Source: Bdellovibrionota bacterium (GTDB taxonomy: Bacteria; Bdellovibrionota_C; UBA2361; JBIKUX01). Taken from it: a stretch of DNA of 28,495 nucleotides. Both the position numbers and the translations under genes were made by a program. Location: the NCBI GenBank assembly GCA_044347345.1, contig JBIKUX010000028.1, forward strand, positions 1 through 28,495. Direction: 5' to 3'. Positions 16,357 through 27,354 of the stretch are shown one piece after another (within the stretch, counting starts at the first letter, position 1; each line of letters opens with the position of its first letter). The notes under the pieces were generated by a model. It saw only the letters and a program-made list of their open reading frames with translations, was not told where the DNA came from and made no database searches.

Positions 16357-18138
16357 TTACTTATCGGATAAGGTATTCAAAAATGCGAGAAGAGCATCTT
16401 TATCATCAGCACTTAACACCAGTGTGTCGAATGGGAGCGACTGGTTAGGTAAGGTAATGCCAATACCTGTGCCCCCTCCTCGTTGGTAGAAAAGAATCAC
16501 CTCGTTTAGAGACTTATATACCCCATTGTGCATGTAGGGAGCTGTAATAGCAGTATTCCGGACCGTGGGTGTCTTGAACGCATACAAAAGCTCATTCATT
16601 TTATTGATCTCATAGCGCCCCCTATCGGGATCAATACGAGCATTTTTCCAAGCAGTAGTGGATGGAACGCCAATAATCTCAGACTCCGACTTCGAATACC
16701 AGGGAGGAAGTGTTCCATTAAAAATAGGAAAGAAATGACAAGTACCGCACTTGGCCTTGCCCATAAATATATTAAAGCCTCGAATGGCTGGAGCGGGATA
16801 TTGCCTTATTTCACTGCGAATGTATTGATCAAAAAGAGAGGAAAAGGGGCTAAGGGTTCTGACGTAACTCGCCAATGCGTTACGAACTTCATACGACCCC
16901 ATGCCATCGGTTCTTGAAAAGGCCTGTTGGAACGCTGAGCGGTATGAAGTGTCCTCTTTTAACATGGCTGCAACAGCAACCGGAGATAAATCAAATTCAT
17001 TTTCATTATGCATGACTTCATTGATCTGGTCCTCAAGTGTAACGGATCGTAAATCATAGAACTGTGTGGCTTGAAGCGAGGCGTAATACAGCGATGGAGT
17101 ATTACGGGGCAAGGAGCCGCCATGTAAAAAATTGGTGGCTTTTTGTTTTCCGTCAGTAAAATATAGCGCAGGCTGATGACAGCTGCCGCAACTTATATTT
17201 TTTGATTTTGATAAACGTGTCTCATAAAATAAACGCTTGCCTAGGCTATCCTTGTAGGGATTAGGAGTGCCGTTAGCATAATTTACAAAGAATGAGGAAT
17301 TAAATCGTCCACTGGCCCAATCGACCATTCCACCCTCAAAGGGCTTTACAAACTGTAGATCGTCGACATCCGGCTTATGAAACGAAGCTATTTGAATACT
17401 GATGGGAAAGAGGTGACCCTTTAAAAACGCTAGGCGGTCGAATTGATCAAAGTTTTCATGCGCCCTGAGATATTGTTGTGCGTCTGTTATTAGCTGACCT
17501 ATTTTAGTAATTTCATTTACATCTTGATAATAGTGTTCCGAAAAAAGACGAACCCCTTCTAGTGCATGCCTTGCTTCGGATATAGAATTAAGGGCGAGTG
17601 GAGAATCAAATCCTGTAAGACCAAAAGCAACTATACGAATCAATTGATGTTGCAAAAGCTCTTGTGCATGACGATCAAGCAATGGTTGTAAAGGCAGATT
17701 ATACCGTACAAAGCGCAAATCGGTTAGCAGCAACTGAATTTCATTTCGAATATTACTCGTATTAGTATCAATAGCATCTGTAAACAGGGCTTGCTCAATT
17801 ACCTGAAATCCATGAGGTGGCCACACTTGTCCATCTTCGACTTTGATGTCAGGCAGTGCTGGCCCGTTGATACGTTTTAAAAGACCCTGAAAATAATACT
17901 CAGTCAAAAGTTCAATTCTTTTGTAGCGATGACGAGCCTCGAAAAAGTTTCTCCGAAGAGTTGGTAGTGGGTCATCTTTCTGAATACTGGTATCCAGCAA
18001 GTTCAACAATTGCTCTACTTGTGCTAGCTCAGCATCTGCCCATCTAAAGACAACAGCAGCACCGTGTGGCTTTTTACTTTGAGTACAGTTTACCAAAAGA
18101 CTTAGAAATGCAATTAAGATGAAAGTGGCCGTTTTCAT
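16357..18138 (-). CDS. Di-haem cytochrome c peroxidase (CCP/MauG family) with helical N-terminal extension
   Basis: Two haem motifs CGSCH and CGTCH; LGKRLFYETRLS, RNTPSL, FKTPTVRN, TAPYMHNG. Confidence 0.9.
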   Translation of the reverse strand: MKTATFILIAFLSLLVNCTQSKKPHGAAVVFRWADAELAQVEQLLNLLDTSIQKDDPLPTLRRNFFEARHRYKRIELLTEYYFQGLLKRINGPALPDIKVEDGQVWPPHGFQVIEQALFTDAIDTNTSNIRNEIQLLLTDLRFVRYNLPLQPLLDRHAQELLQHQLIRIVAFGLTGFDSPLALNSISEARHALEGVRLFSEHYYQDVNEITKIGQLITDAQQYLRAHENFDQFDRLAFLKGHLFPISIQIASFHKPDVDDLQFVKPFEGGMVDWASGRFNSSFFVNYANGTPNPYKDSLGKRLFYETRLSKSKNISCGSCHQPALYFTDGKQKATNFLHGGSLPRNTPSLYYASLQATQFYDLRSVTLEDQINEVMHNENEFDLSPVAVAAMLKEDTSYRSAFQQAFSRTDGMGSYEVRNALASYVRTLSPFSSLFDQYIRSEIRQYPAPAIRGFNIFMGKAKCGTCHFFPIFNGTLPPWYSKSESEIIGVPSTTAWKNARIDPDRGRYEINKMNELLYAFKTPTVRNTAITAPYMHNGVYKSLNEVILFYQRGGGTGIGITLPNQSLPFDTLVLSADDKDALLAFLNTLSDK

Positions 18139-18160
18139 TGGCAGAGTAGATTATTATATT

Positions 18161-18193
18161 AAAAAATCCCTCTCTCACAGTGGAGAGAGGGAT
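18161..18193 (-). terminator. Intrinsic terminator after the PhoX-like gene
   Basis: ATCCCTCTCTC-N6-GAGAGAGGGAT stem with a U tract on the minus strand. Confidence 0.75.
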
Positions 18194-18213
18194 CTACAGA
18201 GATGTAGCAAAAA

Positions 18214-19638
18214 TTAACGCGGTACGCCTTTCAAGATCAGCGTTTGACCACCTGACTTGTAAGATTGTACAGAAGTTGCCTTGCTGGGATTGAGGTACCG
18301 ATCTCCTTCTACCCAGCTATGGGCATGAATATTGATTAAGAAAACATCCTGCTCACCAATCGTTTCAGATATATCGATCATAGCGCCATGTTCCCACAAA
18401 CCAAAACGCTGGTCGTTAGTGGGATTGAATTTGGTACCACCAGCGGTCTTATTCTTCATATCGAGCATTCTCTTTTTGGTTCCGGTAGCAATGTTCCACT
18501 GCCAAATCAAAGAATTGTGTGTAGCGCCTGGAAAGTATGAATCACCATCCTCTTGAATGTAGACGAAGTTATTTGTAACGCAGACATTGTCTGGGTTGAT
18601 GACTCCCACACCAGGTTCAAGATCACCGTCTTCTACCACTTCAAGGGTACCGTTGAGAGGAGAAGAGGCACTCAGCTTCAGCCGATACATACGACCCCAA
18701 TACGTCTTGTCTGGGGCACCTGACATTCCTGTAGCTACAAAATAGATTTCACGATTATTGGCAGCACTTCCCTTTCTGTAATCCAGATCTTCGACACGCG
18801 CAAATTGGATAGATTTCAGCGTCGCATTCAAATTCTCGATCTCAGTCCCAGTCAAATTTTTGGCGTTAGGTACCTCCACGAACTCAATTGGATAAGTGTT
18901 TCCCTTCGTAATATTTTTTTCGATTTGGTCGAGATTTGTTCGTCTTAAGGCATAGAATTTTCCATTATCTAAATCACCAGGGGTATCGGCCACATAGAGA
19001 TAGACTTGTCCATTGCCTGCATCCTCTCCCAAAATGATCACAGTTTTGCCAGGATAGGCTTCCTTAGTTAAAGGAACGGAGTTTTCTCCACTAAATTTAC
19101 CAAGGGCTGGCTTTACGCGGCTTTGGCTTGAAGGATTAGCAGCGCCAATCGGATCAATGGCATGGGTCATGGCATTGACGTTACTTTCTCCGGTGCTCAG
19201 AAATACTGCCTGAGGGAAACCATGCTCAGCAGGAGTAGCCAGCGACCCGGAGCAAAGTCTGAACATTCCGCCATCAGTATTAACAATGTATTCCCCTTTC
19301 GTAGGGTTCAATTTTTTATCTAGATACACTCTGGAGATGGCCCAGGTGTTTTCATGGTTGGTCACCATAATATAACCTGTTCCATCAGGATTCTTAAGAA
19401 ACCCTTGACCATCAGGTGCGCCTCCATAAATAAAGTTGGGGGAACCTTGAATTGTATCACTACTGCTGATGAGCGTGTACGCTTTGACCGTAGAGGCGAA
19501 TTCTGGCTCAACCGTTACAAAAGACTCTGCGTTAGAGCGGTCGCGGAACTCCGCTTTATCGACAGGCGCAACTTTTTCGCGCTTGCAACTGACCATTAAA
19601 AACAAAATGGAAATTGAGAGAATAAAAACTTTTTTCAT
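18214..19638 (-). CDS. phoX: PhoX-like (DUF839) alkaline phosphatase lipoprotein
   Basis: Lipobox MVSC; PDG...NHE, RLCSG, GEN, FARVED, NPDNV, IQEDG, INIHAH motifs of PhoX beta-propellers. Confidence 0.75.
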   Translation of the reverse strand: MKKVFILSISILFLMVSCKREKVAPVDKAEFRDRSNAESFVTVEPEFASTVKAYTLISSSDTIQGSPNFIYGGAPDGQGFLKNPDGTGYIMVTNHENTWAISRVYLDKKLNPTKGEYIVNTDGGMFRLCSGSLATPAEHGFPQAVFLSTGESNVNAMTHAIDPIGAANPSSQSRVKPALGKFSGENSVPLTKEAYPGKTVIILGEDAGNGQVYLYVADTPGDLDNGKFYALRRTNLDQIEKNITKGNTYPIEFVEVPNAKNLTGTEIENLNATLKSIQFARVEDLDYRKGSAANNREIYFVATGMSGAPDKTYWGRMYRLKLSASSPLNGTLEVVEDGDLEPGVGVINPDNVCVTNNFVYIQEDGDSYFPGATHNSLIWQWNIATGTKKRMLDMKNKTAGGTKFNPTNDQRFGLWEHGAMIDISETIGEQDVFLINIHAHSWVEGDRYLNPSKATSVQSYKSGGQTLILKGVPR

Positions 19639-19813
19639 AAAATGATTTTGAACTACAAAAATCAGCTCACTATGTAACCAAAATCAATTTTTGATATTAA
19701 GTTTTTATTTTATTCGTGTTATCAAAATATTATCGAATAAGCAAGAACATCGCATAATTACCTTATCAGAAAATAGTTAAACAGACTAATGGAAACCAAT
19801 AGGCATGCTATAT

Positions 19814-19953
19814 GGGCTTTTTTAATTGGATGCGGGGCAAGTTTACTTGCCGAAGCAGACAAGTAAAAAGCTCGTCACGGCGAGGCCGTGTGGGGCTTTG
19901 GATAAGACCAACTAATTGTAATGTTTGAGTGAAGCGAACACCATCCAGTACTG
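19814..19953 (+). repeat. About 140-bp structured repeat, copy 1
   Basis: Colinear with 27970-28108; hairpins GGCAAG-TTTA-CTTGCC and CACGGC-GAG-GCCGTG. Confidence 0.9.
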
Positions 19954-20053
19954 GGCATGATGAAAAAGTCCTGCACAAAGTGCGGTATTATTTTATGGCG
20001 TGCAAATAAAAGGCATAAATACTAAAATAGTCGCTGATATTTTATTCTATACT

Positions 20054-21028
20054 CTATCCTTTTATTATTGTAGTTCTATACAACTCTTTACCTTGATAGT
20101 TTATCACTTTTAAATAGAAAGTATCTTTTTTTAAATGTACGCTCAAGAAGCCATGATCTGATGCTGCAAATTTTGTTTGCGAGCTGTCTTTGGTTACTGG
20201 ACGAATTTCACTTCCTGCTCCACTAACAAAATAATGCGTAAATCCTGTTGGTTTTTGGTGTTGCAGATCATGTTCATGTCCTGAAAAATAAATGTCCACC
20301 TTGTTTTTTTCAAAAATTGGTAAGATTGATTTTCTCACGTCAAGCATTTTATCTCTTCTTACTCCTGTTGTATAAAGCGGATGGTGACCAATCACAATTT
20401 TCCAATTAGCAGAAGTGTTAGAAAGTGTACTATCAAGCCATGCAAGTTGCAAAGAACCATTTTGTTTTGATAGGTCGCTATGACTCATTCTATCTAATGT
20501 TCCATCAAAAGGATTAGTGTCAATAAAAACAAAAATTACTTTATCAGAAGAATTAGGTAGGGTTCGCACAAAACTGTAGTATCTTTCTTTAGTTCGCCAC
20601 CTTCCACTTACATTACTATAGTCGAGTTGGGCTTGAATACTACCTCTATAGTCATGATTCCCAAAAGCTGTATACCATGGGATATTTAAGCTGTAGGCAG
20701 CATAAATATCTTCAAACGATTTATTCCACTGCGGATCTGAAATACTTATAACGCCATCAGGATAAAAATTATCTCCCATACTTAGAATGAAACTTGGGTG
20801 AATTTTTTCTGCTTCGATGCCCATTTGGTTGGCAACATCTTTTTATTGATATTCTCCTTTTCTTCCCCAGTCACCAACTACCAGGAAATTAATACTGTTG
20901 TTTTTTTTCCAATAGTTATCTCCTTTATCATCTATAGAACTTGCATTATGCAAGTGACTACAACTAGGCGTCAATGCGCAACAGTATAAATATAAAAGTA
21001 TTTGTAACACCTTATTTTTCATTCTCAT
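20054..21028 (-). pseudogene. Purple/tartrate-resistant acid phosphatase-like metallophosphoesterase with internal TAA
   Basis: GDWG in the 5' ORF; GDNFY, GNHD, GHH and GHEH in the 3' ORF; same frame: GEYQ*KDVANQMG with the stop at 20843-20845. Confidence 0.85.
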
Positions 21029-21030
21029 TG

Positions 21031-21393
21031 TTATTTTGGGTTTACATTTATTGAATTTTTGACATTAAGTATGTGGCCGATTATAATAAATCCTGCAGAA
21101 ATATTTACCATGTATTCCATTGAATGATATCTTTCTTCAAGTAAACTGGATAATAAGAAGCACCCGAAGGATATCCAAAGAAGCGCGGCGATTTTTCTAT
21201 TTTTTGTTTTGTTAAGCGCGTTATAGATCGTAATAAAAGAAAAAAATACAAACGCGTATTTAACAAAAGGACTTGTTAGGTATCCTACACCAAGTGCAAT
21301 TAATAAAGATGTGGCAAAACAGTGTACTATGCAAATGAATGAATTCAGTATGCCTATCAAATCTGATTTTATATATTTAACATGTCTTATCAA
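21031..21393 (-). CDS. MerC-domain membrane protein
   Basis: DLIGILNSFICIVHCFAT N-terminus, four TM segments, GHILN ending. Confidence 0.7.
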   Translation of the reverse strand: MIRHVKYIKSDLIGILNSFICIVHCFATSLLIALGVGYLTSPFVKYAFVFFSFITIYNALNKTKNRKIAALLWISFGCFLLSSLLEERYHSMEYMVNISAGFIIIGHILNVKNSINVNPK

Positions 21394-21478
21394 TATGGAT
21401 TAATTTTAAAAAGAATAAAAGTATTTTTAAATTTATAAACAGCTTAATGAGATAATAAGTCGTGTGATATAAGCATAT

Positions 21479-22312
21479 TTATAATTTATATTTAACTAAG
21501 CGAGTCCATAGTTTTATTGGCGACTTATTACTACCTGAATAAAACCGGGATCTTATTTTTTTATAGTAAGAAAGTGTTTGGTTGGCTTTTATATAAATCA
21601 ATGAATCCGTTTCATTTTTTTGATACCCTTTTGGAACTGCATACGTGAAATATCCTTTTTCATTTGCATAAACAGGAATAGAAATAAAATCTCTTTTTAC
21701 AAATTCCTTAGTACTATCCTGCGATTTACCAGCATTTACAAAAAAGTCAACAGCATAATCAGGATAGCCAAACAGGTAGCCATAACTTCTCCAACGGTCG
21801 TACTTTTGTTCATATTCGGTAATGGCTAACACAGAGGCAGGATGGCTTCGAGGATTAATCCCTAAATAATTAAAGAAAGTTTGATGTTTTGCAATTACTT
21901 TAGCCATCTGGCTTCTACGAACAGCAAAAATTTCAATGTTTTTAAAAATACTATCAATGCGTTCAAAAGGATTTGCGAGAAAAAGGATATCACCATTACT
22001 CAATTTGTTTACCACATATTGAATGCTATGTAATACTAAAAAAGCGGAGTCTACCTGTTTGCTGTCTTTACTTACTAGGGGTAACTTGTAAAATTTTACA
22101 CTACTAATCGGTTTTAGTGTATCTAATAGGGTATAAATTGCTTCATGGTCTAAAGCATAAGCTATAAAAGAATCAGCGATTTGCTTTTCAGTTTTATTCA
22201 TATTTTGGTAGGCTTTTTTTACACTAGCATTACCGGTTACACAAGCAAAATAAATGGTGCACATTGAAAGTAATAATACGATAAGAATGAAGTGACGGAA
22301 GTTTTTAATCAT
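21479..22312 (-). CDS. Hypothetical exported protein
   Basis: Signal-like N-terminus; GYLFGYPDYAVDFFV motif; in operon. Confidence 0.75.
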   Translation of the reverse strand: MIKNFRHFILIVLLLSMCTIYFACVTGNASVKKAYQNMNKTEKQIADSFIAYALDHEAIYTLLDTLKPISSVKFYKLPLVSKDSKQVDSAFLVLHSIQYVVNKLSNGDILFLANPFERIDSIFKNIEIFAVRRSQMAKVIAKHQTFFNYLGINPRSHPASVLAITEYEQKYDRWRSYGYLFGYPDYAVDFFVNAGKSQDSTKEFVKRDFISIPVYANEKGYFTYAVPKGYQKNETDSLIYIKANQTLSYYKKIRSRFYSGSNKSPIKLWTRLVKYKL

Positions 22313-22322
22313 AAAGTAATTT

Positions 22323-23714
22323 CTATATAATATTCCGATTTTTAATACTATTATATAGAATTACAATTAGTACTATTGTAATCAAAGGAAGCAGATATTT
22401 TATCAAACCATTTTGCGTATCCGTCCTTTCCAGTTTCGGCATCGCCACAAAATCATTCTTTGTAAAATGCAACTGGTTGATCATTTTTTCAAATAAATAC
22501 TTTAGCTTTTTTTCACGGTAAGCAAATACATCTTTCTCAAAATTTTGTTGATGTTTGAGACTAGTTTGACTTACAGTTGCAAATGATCGCATAACACCAC
22601 CTACAGGATTTATCAGAAATGTTTTTTCCTCTGCCGAGGCTCGCTCATCAGCTTTTCCGATTATTAAACCATGTAGTTCTTTTTCTCTATTAAAAACTTG
22701 AAGTGAATAGCTAAATGTTTTAATTTGATTTGTGTCCAATTTTTCAGCTTCCTTCTGAAGTTGCGGATATATTCCAAATAAATATTTTTTATGATCATCT
22801 ATTGAAATATTCCACGCCTTAAAATCAAAATCCCTGTACTCTGCTATTTCAGTTTTATTTGCAGCGGGATATTTATAGTTTAACCATGTATTTAGAAGCC
22901 CTGGTATTGCGATTAAAAATAATACCCAAACACTAGTTAATGTAATTGCGTTAATTAATGATGAATATTGAAAATATTGCACAAATGCCACCAATATTAA
23001 CCAAAATATCGCGTACAAGAATGCAATTCCCCACCATTGCAAAAATGCAGTTAATGCAAAACCGGGTAATACCGATAACATAAAAAAAGAAACTGCTGCA
23101 ATTACAATAAAAGGAAGTAATGCAACCATCCAGCGATAAAGCAATCTGTATCTGAGCATTTTTTGTAGGGAGGAAACCTGTGCATTAAGTAATGGGGAGA
23201 TTCCATCTTCTTTATCTGCTGATTGAAGGTTATATGTAAGCGTCAGCAACAATAACGGGAAAAGAAAAAGTATAAAAAATGACGTATCTAAATTACCCGC
23301 TAGTAACTGCTCCGGGTTTTTAAATTCGGCATAATTGTTCTTAAAATAATCGCCATTAAAACGGCCACTAAGAAGCGAGATATAAACGTCATTTTGGCCT
23401 ATACTTAAAATGCTTAAAGGCGATATCTCCTTTGCCACTACATCTTGCAAGCGCCATTCAAGCACCCATGGTTGTTCAACATCACTACGGTTTTCAGATT
23501 TATAAGTGAGTGTATCAAATGTTTTTTTTACCAAGCTATAGCTCCGAGCTTTCTTGGCCATTGCGCTATCTACAGTGATTATTTGATTTTGATAAATTGC
23601 ATTGCCTTGACTTAAACAATAAAAACCAATTACCATCAAAATAAGCAACGAAATAATTATTCCTTTGCTGCGGAGCAATTGTATGCTTTCATATTTGAAA
23701 ATAGTTTGTAGCAT
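22323..23714 (-). CDS. ABC-2 type permease (DUF3526-like)
   Basis: Multiple TMs; PLSILSIGQND, GNLDTSFFILFLFPL. Confidence 0.8.
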   Translation of the reverse strand: MLQTIFKYESIQLLRSKGIIISLLILMVIGFYCLSQGNAIYQNQIITVDSAMAKKARSYSLVKKTFDTLTYKSENRSDVEQPWVLEWRLQDVVAKEISPLSILSIGQNDVYISLLSGRFNGDYFKNNYAEFKNPEQLLAGNLDTSFFILFLFPLLLLTLTYNLQSADKEDGISPLLNAQVSSLQKMLRYRLLYRWMVALLPFIVIAAVSFFMLSVLPGFALTAFLQWWGIAFLYAIFWLILVAFVQYFQYSSLINAITLTSVWVLFLIAIPGLLNTWLNYKYPAANKTEIAEYRDFDFKAWNISIDDHKKYLFGIYPQLQKEAEKLDTNQIKTFSYSLQVFNREKELHGLIIGKADERASAEEKTFLINPVGGVMRSFATVSQTSLKHQQNFEKDVFAYREKKLKYLFEKMINQLHFTKNDFVAMPKLERTDTQNGLIKYLLPLITIVLIVILYNSIKNRNII

Positions 23715-23715
23715 A

Positions 23716-25152
23716 TTATAACACAGTTAGTTTTTTTGATGTAATAGTAGTACTCACTGTAACCAGCAGTATCCAAAAAAGGATAGCTGCTAATTCAACG
23801 TTAATTGATTTAACACTCTGTGAAAGCTTTGCATTTGGATAGGTAAAATCCTTAATAGTTCCCCAATAGTTGGCATCCACTTTCCAGTCCCAGTCGCCGG
23901 TTTTGCTGCCTCCATAAGCCATTTTATTATTTAACTCTTTTATTAGATACCGACGATATAATTCTGCGGATATCAATAAATTCAAATGACTGCTAAAATC
24001 ACTCTGGCTGATACCCATACTTGTATTTCGTATGGCGAGGTAAGGGTTTACAAACGAAGCATATTTGCTAATGCTGTTTTGCTTCATAATATTTTCCCTA
24101 ACCCTTTTAAAATGCTTGTCATAAACTAAATTAGAATACTCCTCATCTGCTTGCATGATTAATCCAGATAGGTTTACTGGCAATGAGGCATAAATATCTT
24201 TTACGTTGTTAGAATCGATATTATAGTGGGAAACTACTGAATCCATAAACTTCTTAGACCTTTGGTCTGCCGGATTGTGACCGTCTATCCCTTTCTCCCG
24301 GTCTTCTTTCAGCGCCTTAGTAAAAACTGCTTTATGTTCCATCGGGTATAGAGCTGCTCCTACGCCAGCGGTAATTTTCGGCATAACAATCATTAGCAAT
24401 ATCCAGCATGCTAATTGCATCACCAATGATGTACTACTTTTTTTAACCCATGCACTGACCAATACACTTAAACATGTTAATACAAATAAATAGGCAGCAT
24501 TTACTGCAAACCAAAAAGCAATTCTTAAAAATAGAATAGGGTGAGTTCCGCTAGAAAATAATTGATAAGAAAATAACTGTATGAGCAAGCCTACTAATGA
24601 CAAGCTGACAACCACAGCATATAATGACAATATTTTCCCCCACAAATAGCTGCTGTTCCTGATACCTTGTGCTGATAACAATTTTAGGTTTTGATTTTCC
24701 CAATCGGCACTAACCGCATTAAAGCAAAATAGGATGATGAAAAGCGGCATCAACACTTGCAACATCCATGCAAAACTCATATCGCCAAAGCGGCTTAGTT
24801 CTGTTTTATCCTGCGCAGGGCTAAAAGCTGCTTCGTTTTGTGCGTGCGCCTCTAATCGTAATACAGTCCCAGTGAATGGCTTTGTACCATTATCTAAAAA
24901 CTGCATCGCATCAACAGGTTGAAAGATATAATGCCCATAATGTGCACTATTGTGAGGGTTTTGTGGACCCTGGTTAAGCCATGCTTTTCTTACGGCATCT
25001 TTTGCCCTTTCAAAACTCTGGATCCTTGCTTTGTAGGCTATCATACTGTTAAATGCCACAATGGAAAAAAGCAAAATCAAAATAACAGACATTACCTGCA
25101 AATGTCTTTGCCGCAGTGCATTTGTTATGGTTTGAGTGAAAATTGATCTCAT
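23716..25152 (-). CDS. ABC-2 type permease (DUF3526-like)
   Basis: NPHNSAHYGHYIF, LEAHAQN, GIDGHNP motifs; multiple TMs. Confidence 0.85.
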   Translation of the reverse strand: MRSIFTQTITNALRQRHLQVMSVILILLFSIVAFNSMIAYKARIQSFERAKDAVRKAWLNQGPQNPHNSAHYGHYIFQPVDAMQFLDNGTKPFTGTVLRLEAHAQNEAAFSPAQDKTELSRFGDMSFAWMLQVLMPLFIILFCFNAVSADWENQNLKLLSAQGIRNSSYLWGKILSLYAVVVSLSLVGLLIQLFSYQLFSSGTHPILFLRIAFWFAVNAAYLFVLTCLSVLVSAWVKKSSTSLVMQLACWILLMIVMPKITAGVGAALYPMEHKAVFTKALKEDREKGIDGHNPADQRSKKFMDSVVSHYNIDSNNVKDIYASLPVNLSGLIMQADEEYSNLVYDKHFKRVRENIMKQNSISKYASFVNPYLAIRNTSMGISQSDFSSHLNLLISAELYRRYLIKELNNKMAYGGSKTGDWDWKVDANYWGTIKDFTYPNAKLSQSVKSINVELAAILFWILLVTVSTTITSKKLTVL

Positions 25153-25173
25153 AATATGAGGAGTATTAAATGA

Positions 25174-26388
25174 TTAATATTCAGGGAAAGGATCTTTAAA
25201 CCGTAGCCCCACTTCCATATCTTTTACTTCATTTTCTGTGCAAAGACAAGCCTGCAGTTCGCTGATGATTTCATCTTTATCTAATTCCTGCCCTATGATG
25301 ACCAATTCGTTTTGCCGGTCACCAAAACGCTTATCCCATTTACTTTCAATTACTTTTTGATTTTCTACAAACCCTGCGTACTTTATTCTCTCAGCATAAG
25401 GCATACTGCTCCACCACACACCCGCTTTATCGGCCCGAAGGCTGCCGCCTGCCTGGCTCCAGTTTAGTGCATCATTTTTACGGCTAGCAATCCAAAACAA
25501 ACCTTTGCTACGGATGATATTGCTGCGCCAGTTTTGGTTGAGATAATTCCAGAAGCGTTGAGGATGAAAGGGACGTTTGTCTCTAAATACAAAACTGCTA
25601 ATAGCATACTCTTCAGTTTCGGGAGTATGCTCTTTATTCAGTTCTTCAATCCATCCAGCACTTTGACTAGTTTTCTCAAAGTCGAACAAGCCGGTATTTA
25701 GAATTTTATCTAAGTCCACTCTACTCATTTCGGATGTAATGATAGTGGCTTCGCTGTTTAGCTTTTTAATCAACCCTTTTATCATCCCCACTTGTTCGGC
25801 ACTTACCAAATCGGTTTTATTGAGTACAATTACATTAGCAAATTCTATCTGGTCGGTTAGTAGATTTACAATTGTTCTGGTATCACCTTCCATGTCGCTT
25901 ACCTTACGTTGCTGCAATGTTTCCAGTGAAGAGAAATCTTTGATAAAGTTGAAGCAATCAACAACCGTTACCAGCGTATCCAGCTTGGATATTTTACTGA
26001 GGTCAATTCCATTAGCTTCATCCTGGTAAGTAAATGTTTGGGCAACCGGTAAAGGTTCACTGATGCCTGTACTTTCAATCAGCAGGTAGTCAAACCTTTT
26101 TTCATTTGCTAGTCGTTCTACTTCTTTCAGTAAATCTTCCCGTAGTGTGCAGCAAATACAACCATTGCTCATCTCTACCAGCTTCTCTTCCGTTTTACTT
26201 AGCGTATTCTCATTCTTCACCAATTGCGCATCGATATTTACTTCGCTCATGTCATTTACAATCACAGCTACTCTCATACCTTGTTTGTTATGCAGCACAT
26301 GATTAAGTAGGGTGGTTTTCCCGGCGCCCAAAAAACCAGAGAGAACTGTAACAGGAAGTTTTTTTTCAATTAAATCATTTTTAACCAT
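25174..26388 (-). CDS. COG0523 (CobW/ZigA/YciC) zinc metallochaperone GTPase
   Basis: [33 protein letters not shown] motifs. Confidence 0.95.
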   Translation of the reverse strand: MVKNDLIEKKLPVTVLSGFLGAGKTTLLNHVLHNKQGMRVAVIVNDMSEVNIDAQLVKNENTLSKTEEKLVEMSNGCICCTLREDLLKEVERLANEKRFDYLLIESTGISEPLPVAQTFTYQDEANGIDLSKISKLDTLVTVVDCFNFIKDFSSLETLQQRKVSDMEGDTRTIVNLLTDQIEFANVIVLNKTDLVSAEQVGMIKGLIKKLNSEATIITSEMSRVDLDKILNTGLFDFEKTSQSAGWIEELNKEHTPETEEYAISSFVFRDKRPFHPQRFWNYLNQNWRSNIIRSKGLFWIASRKNDALNWSQAGGSLRADKAGVWWSSMPYAERIKYAGFVENQKVIESKWDKRFGDRQNELVIIGQELDKDEIISELQACLCTENEVKDMEVGLRFKDPFPEY

Positions 26389-26560
26389 TGTATTATATTT
26401 TGATGGTGTTGTTTACCATATAGTGTTATAATTTTTTTGTTTCTCCATTCTTTGAATTTTCATAAATGGCCAATCTTTCTCTTGCAAACTGTTTGGTAAG
26501 CGTAATGCCACAATCTTTTTCTATACAATGCCTCCATTGCTCAAATGTTTGCGGTATCAT
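26370..26560 (-). pseudogene. Small conserved-looking protein (about 63 aa) frameshifted near 26431-26438
   Basis: MIPQTFEQWRHCIEKDCGITLTKQFARERLAIYENSKNGETKK continues as [19 protein letters not shown] after adding one base; fills the operon gap. Confidence 0.65.
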
Positions 26561-26569
26561 AGTCAGGAT

Positions 26570-27271
26570 TTAAATGGTTTCTAAATACAGTTTCTGTAGT
26601 TCATTGGCAGTGATCGCACTGGTCGCAATAGTATGTACCAATTCACCTTGCTTCATAATACCAATCTTTGTACCCACATTTACCGCATTAAAAATATCGT
26701 GTGTAGCCATGAGAATAGTTTTGCCCTCAGCTGCTAGTTCTTTGCAGCTATTCGTAAATTCAGCTGTCGCTTTAGGGTCAAGACCACTGGTAGGTTCGTC
26801 CATTAAAATTACCTCCGCATTTTTTGCAAGGGCAATAGCAATACCCACCTTTTGTCGCATACCTTTACTATAAGTAGAAAGTAGTTTAGAATGTGCCTCA
26901 GTTTGCAACCCCGCTTTGGCTAAAAAGCCAGTTAGCATTTCTTTACCATATTTAAATCCAGCTAAGCGACTAAAGAAGTCTAGATTTTCTACTCCATTTA
27001 AATTTCCATAGAGCTGTACTACTTCAGGTATGTAGGCTACAAACTTTTTAGTTCTGACTTCATTCAATTTTACTTCCACATCGTTAATAGTGGCTTTGCC
27101 ACTGGTAGCTTCCGTAAAGCCGAGAAATAAATTTATAGTGGTAGTTTTACCGGCACCGTTCTGCCCTAATAGGCAAAAGATTTCACCCTTATTTATTGAT
27201 AAATTGAGATTGCTTAACGCAGCCGTACTATTGTACTGCTTACTAAGCTTTATAGCTTGTAATACAGGCAT
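26570..27271 (-). CDS. ABC transporter ATP-binding protein
   Basis: GQNGAGKTT, YSKGMRQK, ILMDEP, ATHD. Confidence 0.95.
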   Translation of the reverse strand: MPVLQAIKLSKQYNSTAALSNLNLSINKGEIFCLLGQNGAGKTTTINLFLGFTEATSGKATINDVEVKLNEVRTKKFVAYIPEVVQLYGNLNGVENLDFFSRLAGFKYGKEMLTGFLAKAGLQTEAHSKLLSTYSKGMRQKVGIAIALAKNAEVILMDEPTSGLDPKATAEFTNSCKELAAEGKTILMATHDIFNAVNVGTKIGIMKQGELVHTIATSAITANELQKLYLETI

Positions 27272-27354
27272 AAATTTTATTTTTAAATTAATTATATGAT
27301 GTAATAGGAAACATCATTAACTGAGTCTAATTGACAGGGTGGGAAAGTTGAAAA

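Noticed and set aside
21031-21393. Mercury-resistance operon
   Set aside because: Only a MerC-like domain is present; no merA, merR or merP, and the context is zinc starvation.
16061-27299. Plus-strand ORFs within island 2 (for example 16061-16489, 16528-16917, 25739-26029, 26574-26873)
   Set aside because: Antisense to well-supported minus-strand genes, with no motifs of their own.
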